Source: the human T2T-CHM13v2.0 reference genome, Homo sapiens
Strand: one strand, 5' to 3'
Length of the DNA stretch: 64,000 bases
NCBI RefSeq assembly: GCF_009914755.1
Contig: NC_060932.1
This document shows positions 45,421 to 58,500 of the stretch, piece after piece. The translations under genes and the position numbers were made by a program. The notes beneath the pieces are model-generated. The model ran no database searches. It was not told where the DNA came from and was given only the letters and a program-made list of their open reading frames with translations. The number at the start of each line of letters is the position of its first letter. The stretch's first letter is position 1.

Positions 45421-45782
45421 AATAATAACAAGTGACACTTGCCATATTACAAAACAGGGAAAGGCAGCCTATCTTAACTGATAATGCATTGTTAACATTG
45501 TGCAGGTTCAACGACATAAAAACCTCGCAAAGAACAGGGCTACCTTTATTTATTTAACATTGTAGGTCTGGTGGAATCACCTTTCTGTTCTTCTCCTGAG
45601 GAATTATTGTCCTATCTGTTTCTTTTTCTTTTTCAGCAGTTTCTGACCGAAATGGCTTTCTCAAATTCAGAGGTTTCCAAAAGGGAAGGGCTGCCTTACT
45701 TCCTTACTTGTTGTGAATTCTGCCTTACTGGCCATGTTTGTCACCCTGCTGTGACTGGTTCCAATTAGCAAACTCTTCTTCC

Positions 45783-46092
45783 TTTTTTTTTTTTTTTTTT
45801 TTTTTGAGACAGAGTCTCGCTCTGTCATCCAGGCTGGAGTGAGGAGTGAGTGGCACCATCTCGGCTCACTGAAACCTCTGCCTCCCGGGTTCAAGCGATT
45901 CTCCTGCCTCAGCCTCCAGAGTAGCTGGGACTACGGGCACGTGCCAACATGTCCAGCTAATTTTTTGTAGAGATGGGGTTTCAGCATATTAGCCAGGATG
46001 GTCTTGATCTCCTGACCCCGTGATCTGCCTGCCTCAGCCTCCCAAAGTTCTGGGATGAAGTTTGGGTTACAGGCGTGAACCACCATGCCCAG
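45783..46092 (-). mobile_element. AluSc-like
   Basis: Poly-T then antisense Alu with ttagccaggatggtcttgatctcctgaccccgtgatc. Small internal duplications (gagtgag; aagtttggg). Confidence 0.9.
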
Positions 46093-46503
46093 TAACTTCT
46101 TTCATTCCAAACCTGGTGAGGCCATAATTAGTACTAGTTTTGCTTAAACCTTCTAAAGTGGAGTAATATTACCTTTAAAATGGCAAAAACTGGTCTTGCG
46201 GGGGGGAAATTTTCTCTTTTTATATATAAATTACAGATATATATATAGAGTACATAAATGAAGATATAGCATATCTGTAATATCAAAGTTTGATAAGGTG
46301 AAGGAATGAGTAGAGAAAATGATGTCTAAGAAGACTTCTTGATGGGGACAATAATGAAAAAGACTGCAAAACACTGAGTTAGATCCTGCAACCACTTCCC
46401 TTCATTTCCATTCCCTGCTCCCAGTAGAAAAAATCCCACTACTTTTAAAGAGATGGCTTGCCAAGTCCCAGCACAGTTGAAAATTCTTAAAACTTGCTTC
46501 TGA

Positions 46504-46838
<335 letters not shown>

Positions 46839-47962
46839 ATTGTTTATCTTTCTAAGAATCAGCTGCACTCTTTTGTGATGAAAACCACAGCAATGTCCAA
46901 TCCCAAAGATTTTACAACCCTTTTAACCTAGATATGAAACATCTACTTAAATTATGTCTACCATGATGAGAATTGACCAAGTCTGCAAAGATTTCAGACA
47001 TTAAACTTCATGTCCACCATTATACTCATATTTCTTTAACATAGTACCTGCCTCCAAGCAGAAGCTAAACGTCTGACAATAAATAAAACAGGAGGCACAT
47101 TTTATTGAACGTCTACTATACAAAGACACTGGGGTTGTATTTTAATCTTCTAGACTTAAAATAACCCTTGGGTGTTAGTGTTATTACTCCCATGCTATAG
47201 ACAAGGCATATGAAGAGGCTATGTAAATTGTGATCAAACTTACACAGCTAGAACAGGACAGGCCCAGGAGTAGGACTAAGTTCTGTTTGTCTCCAAGTCT
47301 CCCCATTTTGCATTATAGGATCAAACACCAACACCTTCAAGAATGCACTAATTCTGGTGTATTAAACTTAACAGAGCCATGTCTTATCTGTTTCATGTGC
47401 TATCTCAGTTTATTAACATTTATGAAAAGCCATTTAGCAACCTAGCTCTGATTAAGAAAATCGACACCTGTACTTTGACTCCCTTCACAGGGATGAAAAC
47501 TCTTCATCTAATGAATCAATAATCAATTTTTAATGCACTGGCAGGTTGAACAGAGAAATGCAGTAAAACCTTAGAAGTTGGCTCTCATCACCCTGCCAAT
47601 CCCATGTGGGCTAATTATAAAGGGTAAGGTAAAACTTGGTGAAAGATGGGAGGATTAAGCTGGGAATTTGGGGGGCGGAGGGAGCTTTGACAAGTCTACC
47701 ATAGCCTCCTGGCCCATTCTATCTATATCAGGTCAAAGAAAAGGATACCAACACACCAGGATAATTATGGACTCTCCACTGCTCTCTTGGCAATGCCAGA
47801 AAGGCCCATATCAACAAAGACCTCATGCATATTTAAGCCGATGTGTTCTACTCTAGTGAGTTCTAGATAGATTTTTATTAAGGAACAAGATCTTCAGAAA
47901 TTTATTTTAGCCAGAAGCACATGATTTCTCCAGTCCATTTATTAGCATCAAAATAATACCAC

Positions 47963-48448
47963 TGTGATGGTTAACTTTATGTGTCAATTGACCGAGCCAC
48001 AGGGTGCTCAGGTACTTGGTTGAACATTATTCTCAGTATGTCTGTGAGGAAGTTGTTGGATAAAATTAACATTTAAATTAGCAGATTGAGTAAAGAAGAT
48101 TACCCTCACTCATGTAGGCAGGCCTCATCCAATCACTTGAAAGACTGAATGGACCAAAAATTCTGACCCTCCTCTGAGATAGAGAGGATTCCTCTTGCTG
48201 ATGGCATTCTGGCTGGAACATGAGCTTTTTCCTGCCTTCGTACTTGACCTGAAACATCAGCTCTTTTGGGTTTTCACCCTGTAGATCTTGGAATTTGTCA
48301 GTCTCCATAGTCACCTGAGCCAATACTGTATAATAAATCTCTTTATGTATGCATGTATATATATATATAGACAGATATACATATTTGTCTATCTACATAC
48401 GTAGAGAACCAATTGATTTACATAGATAGAAATACATTTCATAGGTTT

Positions 48449-48483
<35 letters not shown>

Positions 48484-48918
48484 TTATTCATATTTATATG
48501 TTTGTCATATATTGAAATGGTTTGCCTCTTTGTCCCCACCCAAATCTCGTCTCAAATTGTAATTCCCACGTGTTCAGGGAAAGACCTGCTGGGAGTGATT
48601 GGATCATGAAGGCAGTTTCCCCCATGCTGTTCTCGTGATAGTGAGTGAGTTCTCAGTAGATCTGATGGTTTAAAAGTGGCAGTTTCCCCTTCACTCTCTC
48701 TTTCCTGACACCATGTAAGATGTACCTTGCTTCCCCTTAGCCTTTAGCCTGATTGTGAGTTTCCTGAAGCCTCCCCAGCCATGCAGAACTGTGAGTCAAT
48801 TAAACCTTTTTTCTTTTTAAATTACCCAGTCTCAAGTAGTTTATAGCTGAGTGAAAATGAACTAATACAAATGTTTTTCTCATAGGTTTTACTTTTCTAT
48901 GAAATCATGACTAATACA
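47963..48918 (+). mobile_element. MLT2D-like ERV-L solo LTR with nested THE1D
   Basis: tgtgatggttaactttatgtgtcaa...ggcctcatccaatcacttgaaagactgaat...taataaatctc...catgactaataca. Confidence 0.87.
48513..48869 (+). mobile_element. THE1D-like MaLR solo LTR
   Basis: tgaaatggtttgcctctttgtccccacccaaatctc...gattgtgagtttcctgaagcctccccagccatgcagaactgtgagtcaattaaacc...actaataca. Confidence 0.9.
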
Positions 48919-51900
48919 GTTACCTTGTATTTTTGTGATTGTATTTGTTTTATATTCATGAATACATGATTTACGGAACTTATTGTATTTTCTTCAAAAA
49001 ATTATTTAGTCCTACCTGAACAGAATAAAATCGTCCATTTTCTGTGCTGTAGTCTGTGCACTCTAGCCTTTATGTGGGAACTTCCTCTAAATGAAGATTC
49101 TCAAGTCATAGCTCAGATATATTAAATCAGAATCTGCATTGGTAACAATGAGCAAGTGATTTGTATGAACATTTATGTCTGATAAGCTCCAGCACAGGGA
49201 ACTTGAACTTTAGCCTGGCTATATGCTCTGTGATATTTAGTATGTCAGTGTAGCCATCTGGACCTCATTTTCTTTATTTCTGAGGATTTGGTCAATCAGG
49301 TACTTAGGATAGAGCTTGACATAGAATAGAAAATCATTATGATACAGCTAGTAACAAGAGGCACAGATAGTAGTATAAGAAGTAACAACAGCAAAATACA
49401 AAAATAATAGCATACCAGAGAGAACTTTAATTTAACAAGAAAGGATCCTGTATCTGGGTTTGAGTACTAGCCTTGATGGTTAAATGACTTTACGTCATTT
49501 TAGCTCCTAAGCCTTGTGTCCCCTACTTCTAAATTCATGCTGCTGGACCAAGTACATTTGTGTGTCGTTATACAGGGAGGTTTGACTCTGCTTAGAGAGC
49601 AGCTATACCCATTTCATCACTCACTTAGTGTATCCTTCCTGAGCTTAAATGTTCTGCTTTAGACAGTGTCTACTTGGCCAACCTATAAGCACCAGAAAAT
49701 AATAATGGGCATTACCTGAGCATGGTTGACATCAGTGAGAAGAGGAGAAGCCACCCACAGACCCCTTTGCCTCTAATTCATTTCTAACCTGTGGCAATAG
49801 GCAGATAAGAGGATGCTCACTCATCATAGTTAACATGCTATAACATCACACCACTGAAACAAATGTCATCTGATACTTCATCATCTAAATTCTATTTCAG
49901 GATCACAGGGATACTCCTGAGGCATTGTCTTACTTGAAAAATGTTATTTCAATTAGTTGCATATCACTCTTTACAGGATTTAGGTCAAATGAGGGGCAGT
50001 ACTAAATCCAAACCAAACAATATGTGTCTGCAATAAATTTCTGTTCCTGAATTATTCATATGTAATGGCATAGGTGACTCTTCAAGCATTCTGAATTAAG
50101 TAGAATTGATTTCTCACTTTTTTATGCTCTGTTGTACAAGCCTTTTTGTACTTTTACTTCTTCTTAACAAATAAAGTATTGATTCATCTCCACTGAACAT
50201 GTTTTATTTAAACTTTGGTCTTTGTCAGCAACTTTGTCATTGGTACCCACAATTCCCTTTTGTAACTTCCCAATTGTCTTTAATTCTGAAGGTGAAATCC
50301 GTTAACCTGGCTGCTTAGCATGAAGTAACTGCAGAGTGGGTTAAAAATTTGGCAAGAACAATATCACAGTGACTTTTTTGCCTTGCCTTTGAGTTTTTAC
50401 TCCATTACCACTCCCCACTCCCCAAAAATATCCTTCAAATTTTTATTCCATTTGGATGATTTAGGAATTAGCATCGGACTTGAATTGCATTGTGTTTTTA
50501 TTGGAAAACCATCAAATCTCTTCTTTCTAAATCCTTGAACAAGCATGTCTGTAGGTAGATGGGTGCAGGAAACTGGGTACAACAGTAATCCCAGCATGAA
50601 GCACACAGCCTGAATCAAAATTAAAACTTGATAAATATTTGTCAAGAAAATGAATAAATTTAATTTTTACTGGGGTTTATGTCTTCTAAAAACAATTGAC
50701 AGACCATGAGTCAGGAAGCAGAGCATCTAGCTTATAATTATTAGTTCACTTCGTAGCACTCAAGTTTTATACAAAAATAAAATCTTGAAGAATTGAATTA
50801 ATTAAGAAAAAAGTTGAGATTCAGGAGTTTATGTCCAAACCCAGATCTATTTTTGTGTAACCTTGGCCTTTGGCCAAGTTTTTCCCTCTAGAGTAGGAAA
50901 GTATTCTGGACAGTATCTTCCTTGCCTTCCAATGCTGGGACTGTGATTGTAACACACGTGTTCGTTAGTTTACTCACATGGGCTAAGACAGTCATGTTTA
51001 TTGCCTGCTTTGATTCCACGCTTCACCTGGAACTTGGCCTTTCCTCCTCTCCTTGCCAATGTTCTGTGTGAGCTGTAACAGATCCCTCTGCATGGGTTTC
51101 GTCAAGCTCTTACTCGTGCAGTCCATTGCAAACTGGCCGCAGTACGTGGCCTTCAAAGCAAATTTTCCCTTGTCAAAGGGACTGCTGCAGATGCCCATTG
51201 AGTCACACCCCCAGGTACATTGCATAGACAATCCCAGGCCATTCTTTCTTCTGCAGAACACTGCCATGTACGTAGATTAATCCTCTGTTCTTTTGTCCTG
51301 CTCCAAATATATTGGTTATTCAGCATGTGGAAATCACTTTTCTTTGTAAGCCAAAGGCCTGAGCTGCTGCACAAGACCATGTCAGCTTCCTGGTTTTCTC
51401 CTTCAGTAAAGAGTCAGATGCACATGTGTCAAAGGCATTCTCTGTAATATATGCTACTACGATAGGTGCTGATGATAGAGGGGTGAATTGAGCACAGCTC
51501 CTATGCTGGAGAACTTTTAGCCTGATAGGAGGCATATAAATGCAGGCATTTCCCTACAAACAGACAATTGCTTTCCCCGTGGATATTTCCTATACAAACA
51601 GGTAATTTCTCTAGGCAATCACCTATATTGGCTGTGGAGTGGAACACCAAGGCCCTCTTCTGCTTTGCATTACACTCTGAAATCAATGCTACTAAGGCCA
51701 CATGACCTTTACTCTTACACATTTTGATGGGACAACTTATTTTCATTCCCTTCCCAGCTCTAACTTCCCACATGAATTATCTAGAGGACAGACCATTAGC
51801 GAAATATGAATACTAAACAGTGGGTTCTACCCAAAGTCCTTCCTCTGGTACTCAACTTTGCATTGAGATAAGTTTCCACTGCCTGTGAATTTCTTTTCTT

Positions 51901-54274
51901 AGGATGAATTCCCTCCCCAGTGGGTCCACAGCGTCTTTCTCAGAAAAAAAAATGACTCCTTTCTTTTTCTTGGCAATGTTCTAGTGAGGAATACGTACAA
52001 ACACTTGCCCTGTTGACATTTCCTCTTGCCTTCTCTATGTTCTTTACCTTTACACCTGAATTATCCCTTACATCTGCTTGGTAAAATACCTTGGACACTC
52101 TACCTGACCGTTTTATAAATCAATTTCTCCATTAAACAGCATTTGTAGCATGACATTCCTTGTTGTTCCCCGACCCTTCATCCCTACATACCGCTTCTAT
52201 AGAAAGAAGCTTTGATTCCCAAATCATCTTTAAAAAGATACTTCTGACCCCTTTTGTTATTCACTTTAATTTCTAGTTTTGCCTACTTTTTTCTAGATCA
52301 AACCACAAACAAAATACCTGTAAATGGATTTCAAAATATATGTTTAGAGGAGACCTCCCAAACATATCACCTACACACAAATAATAAAAACCCATATCTG
52401 ATGCTTTGGGAAAAATGCTTAAGTTCACCAAGTTTTGGGTTAAATCTTGTGTAGAATGCATGTGCTAGTCAGGTTTTATGGACTTTCTCTGCATTTGTAT
52501 TGTTATTCAGAGCTGAAAAAGCTGACCCGGGACTGCAGACTACTAAGTTGTGGCCCATGAGCAAATCAAACGCTCCCTCAAGAGGTGAGAAATGTGAATG
52601 AAAAAAACAATAAAATAAAGTAAAATAAAATAAAATAAGATAAAAATTGGCAGTCTTTCATGATTTACAGTCACTGTCTTTGGTGTAGTAAACCTAATCA
52701 TATTGGTTACTATTTCACTGCATTTGCCGCTAGAGTCCATTAGAACAGTCTAATTTACACTGCAGCGTAATTCATCTGTTTTATTAAGGTTGTTCTTGTA
52801 TTTATGTTAGAAGTAAAAGCAGCCTCTGGCTCAATGTTATACAGTCATTCTGAGAAAATGCCATAGGGCACAGCAGTTAATAAACCTGGGAACTAGATTA
52901 CAGCACCCGTATTGTTGACATCTGACAAGTTTACTGTGAATGTAGTTACGTTGATGCAGGATCTTATAAAAATAGACATTAGCATCATCATTACAAGCTT
53001 ATTGCAAATAATTGTAGATCCCGTTTATGGAGGTACTTAAAGTTCTTTGCATACACTTTATTGAAAATGTTAGCATTTAATCTTGCCCCCGTCTTCTTCC
53101 CAGGAAAACCTATTTAGGGTTAGCTTACACAGATGGTAAGAAAATTACCTCATCATAGAATTATGACAAATTGAAGATCGGGAGATTTCTTGGAAAAGGC
53201 ATGCCATCGTTACAGCAAGATTAGACATTTTCATAAAAGTCAGCTTCAGCTGTGCAAAAGCTTCTCTATTCTGTAGAAGGCTCAATGGTCAATTCGTAAA
53301 TAACCTGCAGCAATCCCTGACAAGGCACCTTCCATTCAACTCCCTTAGTGGCGCTCACAGACAAGACATTCTTATATTGCAGAATGCCAGTCATTCTCTG
53401 GGCATCTCCCAAGAACTTTGTTTCAAATAACTCATTATTTGCACTGGTATATGGATAGAGAATCTTATTTTCTGAAAGGAAACAAACAAGAGGGAGTGTG
53501 GTAGAGAATAAGCTAATGCCAGCTATAACTCATAAGATATGGAAGAGGCAGAAGAAATATAAGAGCCAAAATATTATTGAAAAAACAAACTGAAGACAGT
53601 TTTCAGCTTCGTATTTTTCTGCCTCACAGAAAGAATGTGAACTTTGGCATGAAATAGACTTGAACTTGCATGCAGATAATAAAACTCACACTCCATGAGA
53701 AGAATGCTTTGGATAATACTTGGCGTGCAACAGACATCTAATGAAAGATTTATCAATAGGATTGAGGCCACAGAGGGCAATACAAAGAACTACCTAGCAC
53801 AATGCCTTCTATAGTGTAGATTACCATCGATATTTGTTAAAGGAGTGGATAAATTTCCTCAGTATCATTTTAACAAGACATTTACATGAACTACAGAGGA
53901 TGGCACAAATGAAGGGAAAGATGTCAGGAAAAAAAAATCTGACGAGTCCTGAAATCCATGACTACTTAGATCTCATGATGTAGGAGCCATGAGGGATAAG
54001 ATGGCATGGCAAAATGAATAATTTAAATTCAGGATACCCAGGTTCTGGCATTGACTCTGTCTCTATCTTTTCAGTGACTTCAGAATGTAATTTTGCCTGT
54101 CTCTAATGTGTCTCTTCATTGCTAAATGAGGACATAGAAGGAGAATATTTGTATTATCCATTCTAAAACTAAAATTCCATGCTTTGACATTCACAGAAAA
54201 GCCCAGCATTTCAGATCTGTGACTCCCAAAAATTTGGGGGTAACCTTATTATTTCAATCTTCCAAGTCTTTTAA

Positions 54275-54530
<256 letters not shown>

Positions 54531-55549
54531 TAAAGTTTTTTTACATTAATCCTTACCACCTAAATTCAACAAGCCACCAATTCTTATCAGTTCTACCTCC
54601 CAATTATTGTTCAAAGGCCTCATCCCTTCTGAATTCCTACAGCTGTTTCCTTAGTTCGGTCCCATATCATATCTTGCCAGGATTACTAGTGTCTTTAAAC
54701 TGATTCTCTGACTGTAACTTCACTGTTTTCCAATTTATGTTCTGAGTTTTCTGAAGTTCAGATAATTTAAGCCTTTTTTACAAAAACTAGCAGTTTTGGT
54801 ATTGACTCATCCATCTATTTTTTCATTTATTTACCAAGTATTTGCCATCCCTCTGACCTTGAAAAATTAGTAATACCCTTGATGCCTAAGTTTATTCATC
54901 TGTAAAGTGAGAAAAATAATAAAAATGTCTATTTCATTAGCTTTGTATGATTATTAAGTAAGTCACTATATGAAGAAAAAAAGAGCTTAGAAAAATGTCT
55001 GGCTTGTAATAACCACTCAAGGGTACAGTTTCTTGTAATACCGATACTATCACTCAACTAATAGTACCAGGCACCACGATGAGCACCAGAGACAGATGAA
55101 ATGCTAACAAGAACCTGGGACTCCACTCCCATATGTTTGACAATGCAGTAATCACCTCCTTTAGTTTTGTCTGTTAGTTGCTTAATTCTTAGGAATAAAA
55201 AGCTATGGAGTCCACTCTTCTGTTTGATTTTCATATCAAATGTATCATCAAATCTTGTCGGTTTTAACAATTTTAAACAAATCACCACTGTATGTAGCTG
55301 ACACCACCATGTTTTCCCACTTGGAGTTCTGCTGGAACCTTCTAGTAGGTTTCCCTGCCCCAACTATTGCCCCATGACAGACTTCTCTGTCGCTGTCAGA
55401 GTGAAAACTATGGCAGCAGCTCAAATCCAGCAGAAGCTGGAGAAAAGTCGAACCTTGAAAACATTAACTAGGTCACATTAAAGTGTGTAAGGCTATTTTT
55501 TTTTCAGACAGCTCCTCAATTCCAATGGTACTTCACAACAATTGATTAA

Positions 55550-58500
55550 GAAAAATCAATACAAACAAAACATCATGTCACACAATTATTCAATAAAATG
55601 GAGCAGAATGGAAAAAACTCACCAGAAGTGGCCAGCATGCCCAGAACACAAACTAGAAGAAAAGAAGTATGATTAAATCAATTCATGTAATTTGGTTAGC
55701 ATTAGAAAATCAAGTAATAGAATTTGTCATAGTAAGAGAATAAAAGAGAAATATCACATGGATGTCTTAATAGATGCAGAAAAAATATTTGACAGATGTC
55801 AACACTCAATTATGACTAAAAGACACTCAGCAAACTAAAATAGAAGGGTACATCTTCATCCTTATGAAGGATATTTACTATAAATTAACATTATTTAGCC
55901 ATATGTTAAACACCTTGCCTATAAATTTTGAAAAAAAGGGCTGCTTTCTGTTTAACATTGCATTGGAATTCTGACCAGTGAAACAAGACAAGAAAAATAA
56001 GAATCATATGAATCAGAAAGGAAGAAGTAAATGTACCTCAGTTTGCAGATGAAATAGTTTCCACAGAGATTGTAAGAAAACCTGCAGAAAGGATACAATA
56101 ATTTAAAAATAAATTAAGCAAAGCTTAGAATACAAAATTAATATGCCACAGTTACTTGAATCTCTGAATTATCACAGCAAGCCACTCATAGTGGAAATTT
56201 AAAAACATAAATAAATTCAATATGCATAAAATATATTTAATTTCTATATGTAATGTGATAAATATATGTATGCACAACAGCTTCTGACATATAACTTAGA
56301 AATAATTTTAACAACGGACACACAAGATCTATGCCCTGGAAACTATGAACTATTTTCTAAAGAAATTAAGAAAAATCCACGTAAATGAAGAGATAACATG
56401 TGCACAGATTACAAATATAAACATTGTTAAGATGCCAAATTTTCCCAAATTATTCTACAGTTTCAATGCAAACATAAACAAAATCTTGACCTAATTTTTG
56501 AAAAAATTGAGAACGTAAATATAGATTTTATAGAGGAATGCAAAGGCCTTGAAACAGGTAGGGCTTATACTACCTGATTCAAGACAGTGAGGTTCTGGCA
56601 TAAGGATAGAAAGTAGATAAGCCCAGTAAAATAACAGTACAGAAAAGGACCCACACTTAATATGGTCAATTAAAAGACAACAGAGTATTTAATGAGAAAA
56701 AAATATTTTCAACAAATGGTGTTGGAACTACTTATACATATCAAAAATATATATAAAGCCAAAATCAAGGTCTTGGCCATGGTTTCAAACCATACACAAA
56801 AATCATTTAGAGATAGATTATATACTTGCATAGTAAAGCTAAATTTATAAAGATTTTGGGAAAATTACATAGTACAATATCAGTATCATTGCAACATAGA
56901 AGTAGGCAAAATTTTCTTAGAATGGGCATATAATGTAGGAAATACAGTATCTAGAAAAACTAGAAATGAGACACTAAATCAAAATTAATTTTTTTCTCCA
57001 ACAAAAGATGTCATTAGAAAAATGAACTGGCAAGTAGTAGATAAGAAGATATTATTTATATAAAAAAATCTGTATCCAATCTATATTAAGAACTTGCACA
57101 TATGAACAGACACTTCACAAAGGAAAATACATGAATGTACAAACATCACACAAAAAAACACTCAACAACTGTGATCAGGGAAATTCAAATGAAAACCATA
57201 ATGATATTCCAATATACACTCACTGAAAAGGGTAAAATTAAAAGACTGATTACACGAAATAATGTAATTTTACACTGAAGATGTGAAAGAACCAAAGCCA
57301 TATGACTTCTAATAAGTTCCATTAAAAAACACACGTCATTATTTTGATTTGATTCCTAGCAAAAATATATAACATGAGTTTTATGAGAAAAATTTAGACA
57401 AACACAAATTCAGTAATATTAAATAACTGCACTGTACTTTAAAAACATCAAGGTCTAGAAACTCTAACAATGGCTAAGAACTTTCAGTTTAAAGGAGATT
57501 AAAAAATGACCACTACATGCAATATGAGATCCTAGTCCTGAAAAAAGTAAATAAACATGAAATTATTATTGTAACAGTTGTAAAACATGGTAAATGTTAG
57601 CTGAATTTTATAGTACTAGTACTATCTATCAATATTAACTATTCTGATTTTGGTACAGTATTTTTTAATGCATTTTTCTTATTCTTATAAAAGGACTTTA
57701 TATCTCCAAGTTACTGTTAAATAATTCAGAAATATTTGTGTGTGTGTGCATATCTTGAGACATATATGGAGAACGAGATAAAGATTAATAAAGCAGATTG
57801 GACTATGTGTTAGTCTGTTCTCACGCTGTTAATAAAGACATACCTGAGACTGGGAAACTTATAAAGGAAAGAGTTTCAATAGACTCACAGTTTCACATGG
57901 CTGAGGAAGCCTCACAATAATGGCAGAAGGTAAAGGAAATGCAAAGTCATGTCTTACATGGTGGCAGGCAAGAGAATGTGTGCAGGGGATCTATCGTTTA
58001 TAAAACCATCAGATCTAGTTAGACTTACTATCACAAGAACAGCATAGGAAAAACTCACTACCATAATTCAATTACCTCTAGGAGTTACCCCCCATGACAT
58101 GTTTGGGTGCGACACAGCCAAACCATATCATTTGCCCCGGCCCCTCTCAAATCTCATGTTTTCACATTTCAAAACCAATCATGCCTTCCCATCGGTCTTA
58201 ACTGATTTCAGCATTAATTCAAAAGTCCACAACCCAAAGTCTCATCTGAGACAAGGCAAGTCTCTTCTGCCTATGAGCCTGTAAAATGAAAAGCAAGTTA
58301 ATTACTTCCTAGATACAATGGTGGTTCAGGCATTGGGTAAGTACAGCCACTCCAAAAGGGAGAAATTGGCGAAAATGTAGAGGCTAGAGGCCCAATGCAA
58401 GGACAAAATCCAATGGGGCAGTCAAATCTTACAGCTCCAAAATGATCTCCTTTGATGCCATGTCTCACATCCAGGTCATGGTGATGCAAGAGGTGGGTTC

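Noticed and set aside
51053-51280. 75-aa ORF in the repeat-poor block
   Set aside because: Several overlapping short ORFs on both strands with no family resemblance; not supportable as a CDS.
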